Below, piece by piece: positions 47,823-61,177 of a stretch of 64,000 bases of DNA. Origin of the DNA: Macrostomum lignano. Lineage: Eukaryota. The notes beneath the pieces were generated by a model. That model did not search any database, was not told the DNA's origin, and saw only the letters and a list, made by a program, of their open reading frames with translations. The translations under genes and the position numbers were made by a program. Location of the stretch: contig NIVC01000903.1 in assembly GCA_002269645.1 (NCBI GenBank), positions 486,885 to 550,884 on the forward strand, given 5' to 3'. Within the stretch, counting starts at the first letter, position 1, and each line of letters opens with the position of its first letter.

Positions 47823-48416
47823 CCATAGTCAGGATCATGTCATGGTATACGCCGGAAAAAAAATCCCCTAAAAAATCTACGCCACTTCATACTGAAACGT
47901 ACACCAAGGTCCTAGGAACTTACGCCAGGTTTTTTAAGCTTTGCCACAATAAATGACCTTTTTTGCATGTTATACATTTTTTAACAATTTTAACAATTAA
48001 AATTTAACAAATGTGTGGTTTTCATTTAAAGTAAATTGGCTTACAGATAATGCCAACAAAAATCTATTTTTTGTTTAAGTTTTCTTCAGAAAATCGTACG
48101 ATTAGTTTGCGTGGAATTTTAAATTTTTATAAATTACAAATAGTTAATAAACTTTCATCTTACAAGTTTTACAGTTTTTATGATTTTATAATTAGATTCT
48201 GAGGTCACGGCATTATGCCAACAATTGTTAATATTAACTTTGGCATGAAGGTTGGAGTTGGCATACGCTGCTTCGCGTATTTACGCCACTGCATCATGCC
48301 AAAAGGTACACCAAATATATTTTGCCTCATTTTTATGCCAATTGTATGCCAAAAAAGTGAAATTTTCAATTGTACGCCAGAAATTTCCGGCGTAATGTAC
48401 ATCATCCTGACTATGG
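47823..48416. mobile_element. Non-autonomous DNA transposon with 8-bp TSD (594 bp)
   Basis: TIR CCATAGTCAGGATCATGT / ACATCATCCTGACTATGG, exact TSD ATGTATGC (47815-22, 48417-24), and about a dozen internal TAYGCC/ATGCC motifs. Confidence 0.75.
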
Positions 48417-49553
48417 ATGTATGCTGTGTTTAATTCAGGAAAAAATGACAAGACCTCATTTGTCACCAATACAAAAAAATTGTTATTTGACACAATTTAT
48501 TTGCTATGTCATGTATGCCAAGATTACCTTGATGTATACTAAAAAATGGTAAGACCCTTGTTATATGCTAGGAAATCTTAGCATATATATTGTCTTCCAA
48601 ATTATAGGTATATACAGTTCTAACAAACTTGCACAACTCTAAAAGGTTTATGTGCACAGCTTATTTGTTTAAAAAAACATATGATTTCATTTAAAAATAT
48701 TAAATATTGTACTTGCTACAGTTAAACAAAGTTAGGCCTATCATATTTTTAAAATAATTAAAACAAAACCATTGAGTTAAGCAATATATTGTCATTGATA
48801 TTAAAAAATAATTAGGCCCAATAAAATTTATTTTTAGGTATTTTTTTTAGGATTAGTTATATGGATTTGAGCTTTATATAAAACAAAAATAGATATGGCA
48901 GATGAAGAATTTAGCAAGCATAGCAGTGATGAAAGTTCTACTATAGCCCAAGATGCAGTGGATAAGCAGATTCCTACAGGGCAAGAATCCTATTGCAAGA
49001 TAAGCAATGAAAAGTACAACCTGATTGTTGCTGCCATCAAGAGAGATGATAGTGCAGTAGTGCTGAGCACATTTTGCAATAGCTAGATATAAAGAGAAAA
49101 ACTATATATTCTATTAGGCATTGCTATGAAATCATGGGCCTGTTTTGATTAGTTTCTTTGAAATCAAAGTGTTAATATCAATCATTTTTTGATATGCTAT
49201 CAATTTGCAAATATTATTTCAGTGAAGTTATTTGTGAAGGATACACAAGCACTATGAAAAATATTAATTGCATTCCCAGATTCTCAAATTAGTTGCTCTA
49301 TAGACCCTCCTTTTGGGCCATAAACAATGAAAAGCAAGTCTTTAATAGCTTGATTCTCCCAATAAGGATTAAATTGCTTGCTCCTAGGCTCAATTGGCTT
49401 GGAAAATGCTATATTTAAGTCTTTAAACTATACAGGTCTTAAAAGAAGCATTACACAATATAGTAATAGGTAGGTACTAGTCAGTTCATTTGTCAATAGC
49501 TCATTTTGTAAGTAAAAAACTTTTTTTCTTTCTAAAGCTGTTTGTCTACTAGG

Positions 49554-49850
49554 AAAAAACAATGAAAGTAAAAATGCAGAATGAGGTAGAAGCTACCCAA
49601 CAATCTCTTTGTTAATATTGTAAAAATGATCCAGGGTATAGTCTCTTTCAATATGACAATCTATAACATATTAGTTATGGTTATCTATAACATATAACAT
49701 ATATATATTTAGATGCCAATCTAAACATACTAATATATGTTATAGATTGTCATATTGAAAGAGACTATACCCTGGATCATTTTTACAATATTAACAGAGA
49801 TTGTTGGGTAGCTTCTACCTCATTCTGCATTTTTACTTTCATTGTTTTTT
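49554..49850. repeat. Foldback/palindrome: about 120-bp near-perfect inverted arms around a spacer of about 55 bp
   Basis: aaaaaacaatgaaagtaaaaatgcagaatgagg..caatctataacata is mirrored by tatgttatagattg..cctcattctgcatttttactttcattgtttttt. Confidence 0.85.
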
Positions 49851-52458
49851 ACTTAGATACTATATATATACATATACTATATATCTAAATATACTAAATC
49901 TCTAAGGTTTGTATGTTTGTCCATAATGCTCTACAGATTGCAATTCTTCACCGATTTTCATCGCATTTTCGCCAAAATATTCAATACATATACTATTAGT
50001 ATATATATATTAAAGAAGAGTTTAGAGGAAAATATATGGTATGGAATAATTCTAGATTTGAAATGATGTAGATATATTGCATTTAAGAATTGTTGAATAA
50101 GAAAAATAGTTCATTGATATTTTTATCTTTAAAAAATTCAACAGTTTTAGTTTTATTTGTTTCTAATCAGGCTTATTATTATTTTTATAGATGTTATATA
50201 TATTATAAAAGTTTGTTAAAATGATAGAACCAACAATGTTTTAACAAAATTAATAAAGACATTGTTAAGTGGCTTTCTACCTTACTCTCCATCCCACCCT
50301 ACTCCCATCAAGTGCAGCCTATTTTGGCAAAGAAATTTTTGGCAGAAGTGAATTTTTAGTTTGCATAAATGTATATTTTAGCAAAAGAAAGTGACCAGTT
50401 AGGTGAAAAATAAGGCTATTTAATTATAACATAATTACAAGTAGCATTAAAAAATTATAATTGACTGCCTTGCACATATTTGCAGTTTATAATAAAAAAA
50501 CTCACAACTTAGCTAGTAGCTATATGTTATGTGCATGCAAATTACAATTGATAGATTAGGAATAATATAGTGGTTTTTCAGTTTTTCAGTTATTTAATCA
50601 TACTTTAAAATCTTAATTTAATGGAATGGCACCTAATACAACAACATTTTTCTAATCAAACAGTAAAATTGCCACAGAATTAAACCATAGTACAATAGAA
50701 TAGTCTTTTTAAAGTTTGTCTTCTTTTTTGACTTTTTTCTGAAACAACAAACTCTTCACTCATTGCTAGAGCTTAAATCAATCTCAACAAATTGTTTGCC
50801 AAAATGGCCAGTTTTAGACAAAATGGTTACTGCAAAAATATTTTTGCTATTATCAACTTTTGCCAAAAATTCCTTTTCCAAAGTAGGTTGAAACCTCTGA
50901 TCCCCACTTCGTTCCTAGCAAATGAATAGTTTATTTCAAAAAGTGAGTTGGTTTTTTGCATACATGTATTAAAGCCTTTTTATATTTCTTAAAAAATTAA
51001 TTTCAATAAAATAATTGACCTAAAAAGTGATACAATTGAAAAAATAAAAGTTTCTTTATAAATAAATTGTCTGTATTTTAAAATGAATTAAAGTTGGTAA
51101 AAAAATGTTTAAAAATAAATTTAAGATATAATAGAATATAAAAGTGTATTTAAAGCAATAAGAGTTATAAGATTTAATAATAAAACATTTTTTCATATTT
51201 TTATTATATCTAGCAATATGATATGTGCAATGGTAAAATGAAAAATAGCTAAAATGAACTATTTATACTATTTAGGAATATTGATAATAAAGTATGGCTT
51301 AGTTTAATATTAAATGTTTAATAATTTTTTAAAAGCAAGGGCTATATGCATTCTAGTGCACTTTAAGTGGGAGTTATACAACTAGCAAAGGCATTATTTC
51401 TAATTCTGCTTACTTCCTAAGTAGGCACATAAGCACATAGATATATAATGATATGCATAGATATAAACTGATAAGAGTACAGTTGGGTTCATAGAAATAT
51501 GTCAAAATTCTGCGGACTCAGTTGCTGGTGGGAAACCAATTGTGGCCCCTATCGACTCCAGGGAATTCTCTGTCCTATATGTTACATTTATCTTTGAGAA
51601 AGTTGGTTTGTATAACTAAACCAACAAAGCAAGAAATTAACCTTGCTTTTGACTAAAAAATGCAATGCAAGAAAAGATGGAGAGGGGCAATAATTAAAAG
51701 CTGACAAAATCCCGTGTGGCAGCACATGATGACTGCATGGCAAAAAGCCAAAGAAAGGCCCTTCAAACCAAATGGGACTTAGAGCATGCAGTGAGGGGTT
51801 CCTAAAGAGAAGGGAAGGTGGCCTCAATGAGTGGGAAGGAATGTTAAAGGCTCCACAGTATGACCCCCACCCCAATATAGACAATTTTGCTTTTTAGGAA
51901 GCCTTTACTCAGCTTGCATTTTGTACTCATAACTGTACATAGTGGGAGTATTAGATCCCTATCTATCTCAAACCCTAATAAGGGTCATGATGTGCTAAAG
52001 GAGGCAAAGTCTAGCTGGTCAAAGTCAAACTCTATCTTCTGTTCTACATTTTGAGCAGCCCCATGGCACATTAATACTTCAAACTTGGATTTAAACTGTA
52101 ATGCTGAATTTAATTCTATATGCCAGAACAGCACATTTCATGTTTTGTAGAAATCTGAAAACAACTGCTTTGTAAACAAGTGGAAACAAGTGGATAAAAG
52201 TTGTTAATGAAAATTAAGTACTAATATTTTTTGTTTGTTTAAGCAGTTCAATGTTGAACACACTTGCTTAAAATGTTTTCTTGAATTCTTAAATTCATGT
52301 TTTTTAGGTTTCACAGCGCCAATTAGAGAACAGTTTATTACCTAATAATCCAAGCAACTAAGCACTAAAACACAAACCAGCCAAGGTAAGGAGCTTTAGG
52401 TCACGCTACTAGTAAAGCCTAATTAAAATTCAAAATAGGGAAAAAGAAGTCAAAGAAG

Positions 52459-53764
52459 ATGTCGAGCGACGAAGCCCAGAAAGCTAGCGACGAGCAGCAG
52501 CAGCAGCAGCAGCAGCAGGAACAGCAGGAGCAGCAGCAGACTTCTCCAACGCAGCAACAGGCGCAGGAGGCGGCCTCATCTGCAGCTGCCGAGGCTCCAG
52601 TCGATGCTGCTGCTGATGCTGCTGCATCCGCTTCGTCGAATGTAGCATCGGGCTCCGGCGGCCGGCAGCAGCAGCAGCAACCCCAGCAGCAGCAGCAGCA
52701 GCAGCGGTATCCCGAAACTCGCATGGGTCGCCTGGCTGGCAGCGACCGGCCCCTAACTATGCGAGAGCGGGCCAGGCTTGAAGAGATCGAAATGCTGGAG
52801 GCGGAACTGGCCGAACTTGGCGACGCCCTGCCGAATGCTAGGCGCCTATTAGAATTGGAGATTCACCGCCTGCGCTGGGGCGTCACGGATATGATCGACT
52901 TGTTGAACAATCGCAAGTGCAAGATTCGCAGCAAGGTGCTAATACCGCAGGATCAATATCCCGGCTTTAATTTTGTTGGCAAACTGCTCGGCCAAGGCGG
53001 CGCCAGCTTGAAGAAGCTGCAAGAGGAGACTGACGTTAAAATGTCAATCCTTGGCGCCGGCTCCATGCGCAACGAGCTCAAGGAGCAGGAGTGCCTGAAT
53101 ACCGGTGAAGCCAAATTCCAACACCTGAAGCAGACTCTGCACCTGCAGATTGACTGCCTTGCCGAGCCTACCGAAGCTTATTATCGTATTAGCCACGCCC
53201 TGTCTAAGGTAAATTTTGAGAAGCATCGATTTTATAGTCTATTGATGGTAGTAGTCTAGAGGCCCAGCAATGATCTCCGTTTCCCCAGGTCAAGGAGGCA
53301 ATGACGCCGGATCCGAACGAGCTGGCTCAGTACTATTCCAACCAGATGCAGCAGTTCAACGTTGGCCCAGGCGTGCCGCAGCCTCCGGCACCTTTCCCCG
53401 TTATGGGCGCCGGCGGTGGCCGCGGCGGCCGAGGCGGCGGCGGTGGCGGCCATTTCGGCATGCCAATCGGCGCTATGGGCGGCCCCGGCGGACCCGCTGG
53501 CGGCGGCTACGCCGGCGGCCCGATGGGCGGCGGCATGCGCGGCGCGGCGGCATGCGCGGGCGCGGCGTCTACGCCGGCGGCCCACCCGGGGTGCCAAACG
53601 GGGGCGGCATTCACTACGGGGACAATCATCACGGCGGCGGCGGCTACCCCAAGCCTGGCTGGGCGCCTGTCTACCGCGGCGGCGGCGGTGGCCCTCGCGG
53701 CGGCTACCAGCAGCAGCAGCCGGGCGGTCGAGGCGGCGCCAGCGGGGGCTACGTCGTGTCTTGA
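52459..53764 (+). CDS. KHDRBS: STAR/KH-domain RNA-binding protein, KHDRBS (Sam68/SLM)-like; join(52459..53208,53289..53764) with an apparent 1-nt deletion near 53541
   Basis: KVLIPQDQYPGFNFVGKLLGQGGASLKKLQEETDVKMSILGAGSMR..LHLQIDCLAEPTEAYYRISHALSK|VKEAMTPD is a maxi-KH/QUA2 region of the Sam68 type. It has a poly-Q N-terminus and an RGG/Tyr-rich tail. The intron 53209..53288 is GT-AG, phase 0. Confidence 0.85.
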
Positions 53765-54983
53765 GTTTTTCGCTGTCCGGAGAGCGCTCTATGCGAGTAC
53801 TGAATTGGGCTTTGGGAAGGGACCGCGGATATTCAATAACCTAGATGGGCCACTCGCTCTACTTTCTGTTCAGTAGTGGGGAAGAATGCGTTAACTGTGT
53901 TTTATGAAAAAAAAACTGTCGGGTTTGGAAGGGTTGAAAGTAGTGAACACGCGAATGCCCATCTAGTTGTTTTATTATCTGTGGGTGGGACAGATTTTGT
54001 GGGGGCTACGGACAGACGGTCAGACAGGCACCCTCCGTGTTACTTGAAGCTAATCAATTTTTAAAAGGTTGCTAAATATTAACAAAATTATCTCGCTCTT
54101 GGAAGTCCCTGGTGTTCCTGTCTGCCTGTCTGTCTGTCCGGTGTCTTCGCTTCAGTGTTTGTTTCGCCCTTGCTATTTTTCTCTGTCGTCCTGTGCTGGT
54201 CAAGCCGGTCTCCGCGTGCTACCGCCAACCTCTCCCCCTTTCTCACACGGCTCGCTGCGTCAACCGTTTCGTGGTTTTTTTGATTTTCATATTTACCTGT
54301 CCCGTTTTTATATATATATATATACCTACTTTTGTGTGCTTTTTATATACAACTGGGCGCGCCTATTGAGCTGACTGCACCGTTCCTGTTCCGGTCCCTG
54401 TGCTCTTGGCTCTGTCCGCACCCTACAGAACCGGTTACTGCATTCAACATCCCTGTGCTGGTTCCAATGCCCCGGCCGAGCTGAAACAAGTCAGCTTTGA
54501 AAGCTCGCCGCCATATCCCCCTTGATTTGAACAACCAGCGGCTCATGCTTGATCTATTTGACTTGGAAGGCGTGCTTTACTTTTTCTTCTGACGGGGCTG
54601 TTTTTGCTCCAGCTCTTCTTCTGTCTACTTTTTTGCAGACTCGAATTTCTTCAATCTTCGGTCCTGTTGTACTTTTTTTGGCTTGCCCAACCCACCTTTC
54701 GATTCGGTTCCTTCTGGAGTCCACTTGTTGTTTTTTTGGCCTTCTTTTAATGCCAAACAGTGCAACTGTGTGCGTGCGTGTGCTCCCCGGTCTCCCGATA
54801 AATGCTGTCTTCGGTTTTTTGCTTCTTCCGTTGCGCCGTTGCTCCAGCTCTCTCTTTGTCTCTCTTTCTTTCCAGCCCCGCCCCGCAAACCTGGCATTTT
54901 ACTAGCCTCAGCCATTGTGCATCCACAGGCCGCGAAGCAATGGGGATTTCTATTGATAACTTAAAAACTAATTGTCATTTTGA

Positions 54984-55451
54984 ACTGGTAGGGTTCCCCG
55001 TATCAGGTTTTGTACTGGTTGGGTTCCCAGCATCAGGTTTTGTACTGGCTGGGTTCCCAGTATCAGGTTTTGTACTGGTTGGGTTCCCAGTATCAGGTTT
55101 TGTACTGGTTGGGTTCCCATTGTCAGGTTTTGTACTGGTTGGGTTCCCAGCATCAGGTTTTGTACTGGTTGGGTTCCCAGCATCAGGTTTTGTACTGGTT
55201 GGGTTCCAAGCATCAGGTTTTGTACTGGTTGGGTTCCCAGCATCAGGTTTTGTACTGGTTGGGTTCCCAGCATCAGGTTTTGTACTGGTTGGGTTCCCAG
55301 CATCAGGTTTTGTACTGGTTGGGTTCCCAGCATCAGGTTTTGTACTGGTTGGGTTCCCAGCATCAGGTTTTGTACTGGTTGGGTTCCCAGCATCAGGTTT
55401 TGTACTGGTTGGGTTCCCAGCATCAGGTTTTGTACTGGTTGGGTTCCCAGC
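54984..55451. repeat. 30-bp minisatellite
   Basis: Unit ctggttgggttcccagcatcaggttttgta. Confidence 0.95.
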
Positions 55452-57369
55452 TGTAGCATTAATGGGCATTGAAAAAAATGTCTCATTGTTAATGCGGCAG
55501 ATTCGGCTATCAAAATGGCAGTGTTCCGCGCCCCCGCCCCCACTCTGTCTGCGTCAGGCCGGCAAGTAGAATCGCATTTATGAGAACTGTTCTGTTTTTA
55601 CACTTTCCCCTCACCTTTGTTGCTATGAAGATTATTCGAGCTAGCGACTGAGCGCTGTTTAACATGTAAAACAAAACAAGTCGAGCCTTTTTTTCTCGCA
55701 ACGAGGTCGCCCCTCCCCAGTCGTTTGTTATGTTTTTTTATTTGTTTTCTTCCAACTAACAAATATTTAATTAATAGTTATTTTGTTAAAGTAAGTGAAT
55801 TAATAAGATCGAGAGACTGCCAGCCTAAAGTTTATTGCTGTCTGCGCTGTTATAGCAATGTTCAGTCAAACTCAACAATGTACTGTCTAACAATGTAATG
55901 GGGAATTCAGTAGTAGGAACCTATATTATTAACGTTGAGCTCTCAATGTGTGTTGAATTTATTAATAACTGCGAGCGCGAATGCTTGCCGAGTCTGTCCA
56001 GCTGTTTAGTAGTGTCTAATTCTACTCCCCTGGTCTACCCAATGCACCCCGTTCTCTCCCCTCCCCTCTGTCTGTCTTATGTCGCTCTGCCCCAGCTATC
56101 TACTTGCTAATTTTATCAAAAATTGTTCTGTAACACCTTTATGCAAAGTAAAATAAATTAATAGTTGCTGATGTAATGCAAGCAAAAAAATACACCTGGT
56201 AATGTTGCCTATTGTATTGACAATTAATGCTTATATATACATAGGTCCGTATCCAAGGTAAATAAACCGTTACTATGCGGACTTGTCCCCATAAATTTCC
56301 CGATAATTTGTGCGTAATTATTTTATTTAAAGAAATGTTATATAAGACCCCCTTAAAAGACTTCAATATGTTTTCATTATCAATGTTGGCCCGATTCTGC
56401 TGTTCCTATTATTGCTATATAACACGAGCGTGTGAAGCTTAAAAAACTCAAGTCGAGAAGCACCCGAGACCCAATGCATGATTGCGTAATTGAATTGTAG
56501 CTCCACCTCAAAGTCCCACGATATGCCTGCTTATATGAACAAGCTTATGTCCCAAGTTTGAAATTTGTAAGTCTTTATTTTTGTTGGTTTGAGTTTATTC
56601 TACTAAACTATACTATTTGTTATTAATCGCTATTTCGTTAATTGCTTGGCTATAATTACTATGAACTGTCGTTAATTTTGGTTCCGGGTTTGATTTGTCA
56701 GTTTTTCTCAAAAGTACAGAAAATGTCTTCAATGATAGACAGTGTAAAATAGCTAATCAGTAAAGTAGGTTCGCTTTAACTACCCTTATATTAACTTTTC
56801 ACACCACCCTTTACCCTCACAAATAAGGCTTAATACTTTGTTTACTTTAATCCTATTACACTTTATAAATAGCTCCTATTATTATGATTTTTGTCATACT
56901 AAACCAAAAACAATTTTTTTTCTCTCTCTGCTTGTCATCTTGCAGTTTCCTAAACTTTAAAGTAGGCTGGCTTTGAACTATACTGCATATTTAATACTAA
57001 TAGTAGTAGCTCTGGCGTGACAGGCTGCCAATAGTTGTTAAGCTAATTGTGGCGCCGCCCTCCTCCCCTTATTGTCGGATTGTTGCTGCAAAGTTTTCAA
57101 AACGTTCAATTCTAAACAGTTTCTGTTTTTTCTCCTCCTAAAAATGTCCGAAAGACTCAGTTGATATGTAGGGTTCGTTTTGCGCTGCTAATGTAAAACA
57201 AAACTTTATGACTAGCAAAACATGTGGTCATTGGTCTGTCTTGGTCTCCGTTCTTTTATTGTTAAAAAACTTTAGATCACTCTGTACAGCGGTGTGTGTT
57301 CGTTTAGGAAATCATATTAGGTCATTTCCCATTTTAAGAACAGTGTGTACTTTTGCTTGTCATACTACG

Positions 57370-57750
57370 AGTAGGTCACTCCCCTTTGAAGTACAGCGTG
57401 TCCGTTTATTAAATCCTATATACTGGGTCACTCCCCTTTAAAGGACAGCGTGGTCCGTTTGGTGAATCCTATATGCTAGGTCACTCCCCTTTAAAGGACA
57501 GCGTGGTCCGTTTGGTGAATCCTATATACTAGGTCACTCCCCTTTGAAGTACAGCGTGTCCGTTTGGTGAATCCTATATGCTAGGTCACTCCCCTTTAAA
57601 GGACAGCGTGGTCCGTTTGGTGAATCCTATATACTAGGTCACTCCCCTTTAAAGGACAGCGTGTCCGTTTGGTTAATCCTATATACTAGGTCACTCCCCT
57701 TTAAAGGACAGCGTGTCCGTTTGGTGAATCCTATATGCTAGGTCACTTCC
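57370..57750. repeat. 52-53-bp minisatellite upstream of PSMD11
   Basis: Unit ctaggtcactcccctttaaaggacagcgtggtccgtttggtgaatcctatatg. Confidence 0.95.
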
Positions 57751-57857
57751 GATAAATCCTATTAGATTACCCCCCCCCCCCTAATGGATTGCCTATTGGA
57801 TTTTTAATCGCTTACCCGATTCTCTGCATGCTCCGGCTCGACATACTCCAATAAGAA

Positions 57858-60252
57858 ATGGCAGTTGGCGCAGTGGAAACCTTAGTCTCTAGTCTGGCCT
57901 CAGCGGCCGACCAGACTAGCGAAGAGGCCTCGCGTCGTCAGGAGACTGAGATCCTGACTCTAGGCAGGCGCCTGTTCGACAGCGGCGAGGCCCAACAACT
58001 AGCCGATCTGATTGTTGCCACCCGGCCGTTTCTCAACCGGATGAGCAAGGCCAAGGCCGGCAAGCTGGTCAAGACTCTGCTGGATCATTTCTTAGACCTG
58101 GAGGCTGGCACCGGGCGGGAGATTAAACTGTGCGAGGACTGCATCGCTTGGGCCGATGCTGAGAAACGGAATTACCTGCGCCAGAGTCTGCAGGTTCGCC
58201 TAATGGCTCTGTTCTACAGCAGCGGCCGCTACGAGGAGGCACTCCGATTGGGCTCCAAGCTGCTGCGGGAATTGAAGAAACTCGACGACAAAATGCTGCT
58301 GGTTGAAGTGCAGCTGCTTGAGAGCAAGACTTACTATAAGGTGAGGGCGCGTTACTAAACTTCTATCTTAAAAAGCTTAGAGCTAAGCTCTGACCCTTGG
58401 AACTAAGCACTTAACTGACTCGCTTTAATCAATGTGAGTGTGACCCTAAAATCGCCCTGAACTGAGCCGTAAGAATCTCCCTGAACTGAACCATAAGAAT
58501 CGCGCTGAACCGAGCCATAAAAATCGCCCTGAACTGAGCCATAAGAATCGCCCTGAACTGAGCCATAAGAATCGCCTTGAACTGAGCCATAAGAATCTCC
58601 GTAAACTGAGCCATAAGAATCGCCGTGAACTGAGCCATAAGAATCGCCGTGAACTGAGCCATAAGAATCGCCGTGAACGAAGCCATAAGAATCTCCGTGA
58701 ACTGAGCCATAAGAATCGCCGTGAACTGAGCCATAAAAATCGCCGTGAACTGAACCATAAGAATCGCCCTGAACCGAGCCATAAGAATCGCCCTGAACCA
58801 GGCCATAAGAACCGCCCTGAACCGAGCCATAAAAATCGCCTTGAACCGAGCCATAAGAATCGCCCTGAACCGAGCCATAAGAATCGCCCTGAACCGAGCC
58901 ATAAGAATCGCCCTGAACCAGGCCATAAGAATCGCCCTGAACCGAGCCCTAAGAATCGCCCTGAACCGAACTTCTCTCTCACCTACTAGCTGAGCAACGT
59001 GCAGCGCGCCCGAGCCGCCCTGACGTCGTCGCGCACCACCGCCAACGGCATCTACATACCGCCAAAGATGCAGGCCGGCCTGGACCTGCAGAGCGGAGTT
59101 CTGCACGCGGCGGACGAGCGCGACTTCAAGACCGCCTATTCGTACTTTTACGAAGCGTTTGAAGGCTACGATTCCGTTGATTTGCAACGGCAGGCGGTCA
59201 ACGCGCTGAAGTACATGCTTATGTGCAAGATTATACTCAACCAGAGCGAAGAGGTGGGTCTTAATTTATCCGGTGCTGTTTTCCATGCGTATGATTGCCA
59301 ACTTCCCAGATCCTCATGCTGAGCCAACCACCTTCCCAGATCCTTATGTTGAGGCAGCCACCTTCCCAGATCCTCATATTGAGCCAGCCACCTTCCCAGA
59401 TCCTCATGTTGAGCCAGCCACCTTCCCAGATCCTCATATTGAGCCAGCCACCTTCCCAGATCCTCATATTGAGCCAGCCACCTTCCCAGATCCTCATGTT
59501 GAGCCAGCCACCTTCCCAGATCCTCATGTTGAGCCAGCCACCTTCCCAGATCCTCATATTGAGCCAACCACCTTCCCAGATCCTCATGCTGAGCCAGCCA
59601 CCTTCCCAGATCCTCATATTGAGCCAGCCACCTTCCCAGATTCTCATATTGAGCCAGCCACGCTATAAGCCCCCATTAGGCTTAGTGTCTCCCAGAGCCT
59701 GCAACGAAGCGCACCTGTATAAATTCCCATTCCATCCATATAAATAAAGCGGATGCCCCACGCACCCTCCGCCACCAGGTGTCGTCCATCCTGAGCGGCA
59801 AGCTGGCTCTGAAATACGCCGCCTACAGCGACGTGCAGGCCATGACGGAGATCGCCGGCAGCGTCAAGCGCCGCTCCCTGGCCGACTTTGTCGCCGCCCG
59901 CGACAAATTCAAAGCCGAATTAGACGACGATTTCGTAGTTAAGCGGCACCTGGCCACCCTGTACGACTCGCTGGTGGAGCGCAACCTGTCCAAGCTGATC
60001 GAGGCCTACGGCTGCGTGCAAATCGACCGCATCGCCGAGCTCATCGGCCTGCCCCGAGATGTTGTTGAAAAGAAATTATCCCAAATGATTCTGGACAAAT
60101 CGTTGAATGGCATCCTGGATCAGGAGAGCGGCGTACTGGTGATGTACACCCATCAGGAGGCCGACCAGACGTACGCGCGCTCGCTGGACACTATACACGA
60201 GAGCAGCAAGGTCATCGACCAGCTGTACATCAAGTCTGGCAAGCTCACCTGA
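57858..60252 (+). CDS. PSMD11: 26S proteasome non-ATPase regulatory subunit 11 (Rpn6); join(57858..58340,58990..59253,59779..60252), 406 aa
   Basis: [83 protein letters not shown] and the PCI domain [11 protein letters not shown] are all Rpn6 motifs. Both introns are phase-0 GT-AG. Confidence 0.96.
58447..58970. repeat. 24-bp minisatellite filling PSMD11 intron 1
   Basis: Unit ctgaaccgagccataagaatcgcc. Confidence 0.95.
59300..59660. repeat. 30-bp minisatellite filling PSMD11 intron 2
   Basis: Unit cttcccagatcctcatattgagccagccac. Confidence 0.95.
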
Positions 60253-60534
60253 CCGCCCTGACCCCTATTGTTACCCCAGTGAAAACTGCTTTTTTGTTTA
60301 ACTAAGCTCCATATAATTGCACCGTACTGCTTCGATCTGTTGCTCTTTTCTCGTCTAAATAATCTGCAGAACAAGCTAATGCGGTAGCCCTATCTGTTAT
60401 ACTACATCAAAATATTTGTAATATCCAGCCTCTTTAAAGTTTAGACTCAACAACAACAAAGCGGAGACATAGCCTAGTATCAGCGCAATTTGGCTTGTCC
60501 CTGTGCCTGTCTTTATTGTCTGCAACTAAAATTG

Positions 60535-60542
60535 AAATAAAT
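60535..60542 (+). terminator. Candidate polyadenylation signal of PSMD11
   Basis: AATAAA (ttgaaataaaatatc) about 285 nt after the stop codon. Confidence 0.45.
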
Positions 60543-60691
60543 ATCAATCAAATTAATGCAATTTTAATTGCGACTCTTCAGTCTCAAAAAAAAATTAATT
60601 AGTTTCATTATTTATATTTGGTGATAGCAGGAGATTAGTAAACGTTTTTATAGCACTGGTAAACACAGGATCCTTATGGATATAGGTGTCA

Positions 60692-61146
60692 AAATTATCC
60701 CTGCTGATAGTAGTGTGAAAATTATCCCTGCTGATAGTAGTGGGAAAGTTATCCCTACTGATAGTAGTGTGAAAATTATCCCTGCTGATAGTAGTGTGAA
60801 AATTATCCGTACTGATAGTAGTGTGAAAATTATCCCTACTGATAGTAGTATGAAAATTATCCCTACTGATAGTAGTGTGAAAATGATCCCTACTGATAGT
60901 AGTGTGAAAATTATCCGTACTGATAGTAGTGTGAAAATGATCCCTACTGATAGTAGTATGAAAATGATCCCTACTGATAGTAGTGTGAAAATGATCCCTA
61001 CTGATAGTAGTGTGAAATTGTCCCTGCTGATAGTAGTGTGAAATTATCCCTGCTGATAGTAGTGTCAAATTATCCCTACTGATAGTAGTGTGAAAATGAT
61101 CTCTACTGATAGTAGTGTGAAATTATCCCTGCTGATAGTAGTATGA
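60692..61146. repeat. 27-bp minisatellite between PSMD11 and MIIP
   Basis: Unit ctgatagtagtgtgaaaattatcccta. Confidence 0.95.
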
Positions 61147-61177
61147 AGAATCGCATAAAATTTTTCATTAAAAATTC

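Noticed and set aside
48895-49086. 63-aa ATG ORF MADEEFSKH..
   Set aside because: No recognisable homology or splice partner. Possibly a TE relic, but unsupported.
54802-55569. 255/191/164/148-aa ORFs (antifreeze- or mucin-like repeats)
   Set aside because: All are frames of a 30-bp minisatellite. Being open in several frames at once indicates an artefact.
58429-59747. Repetitive ORFs overlapping PSMD11
   Set aside because: They lie in the 24-bp and 30-bp arrays inside the two PSMD11 introns, which have clean GT-AG boundaries.
60595-61068. ISRDNFHTT / IIPTDSSVK repeat ORFs
   Set aside because: Frames of the 27-bp intergenic array.
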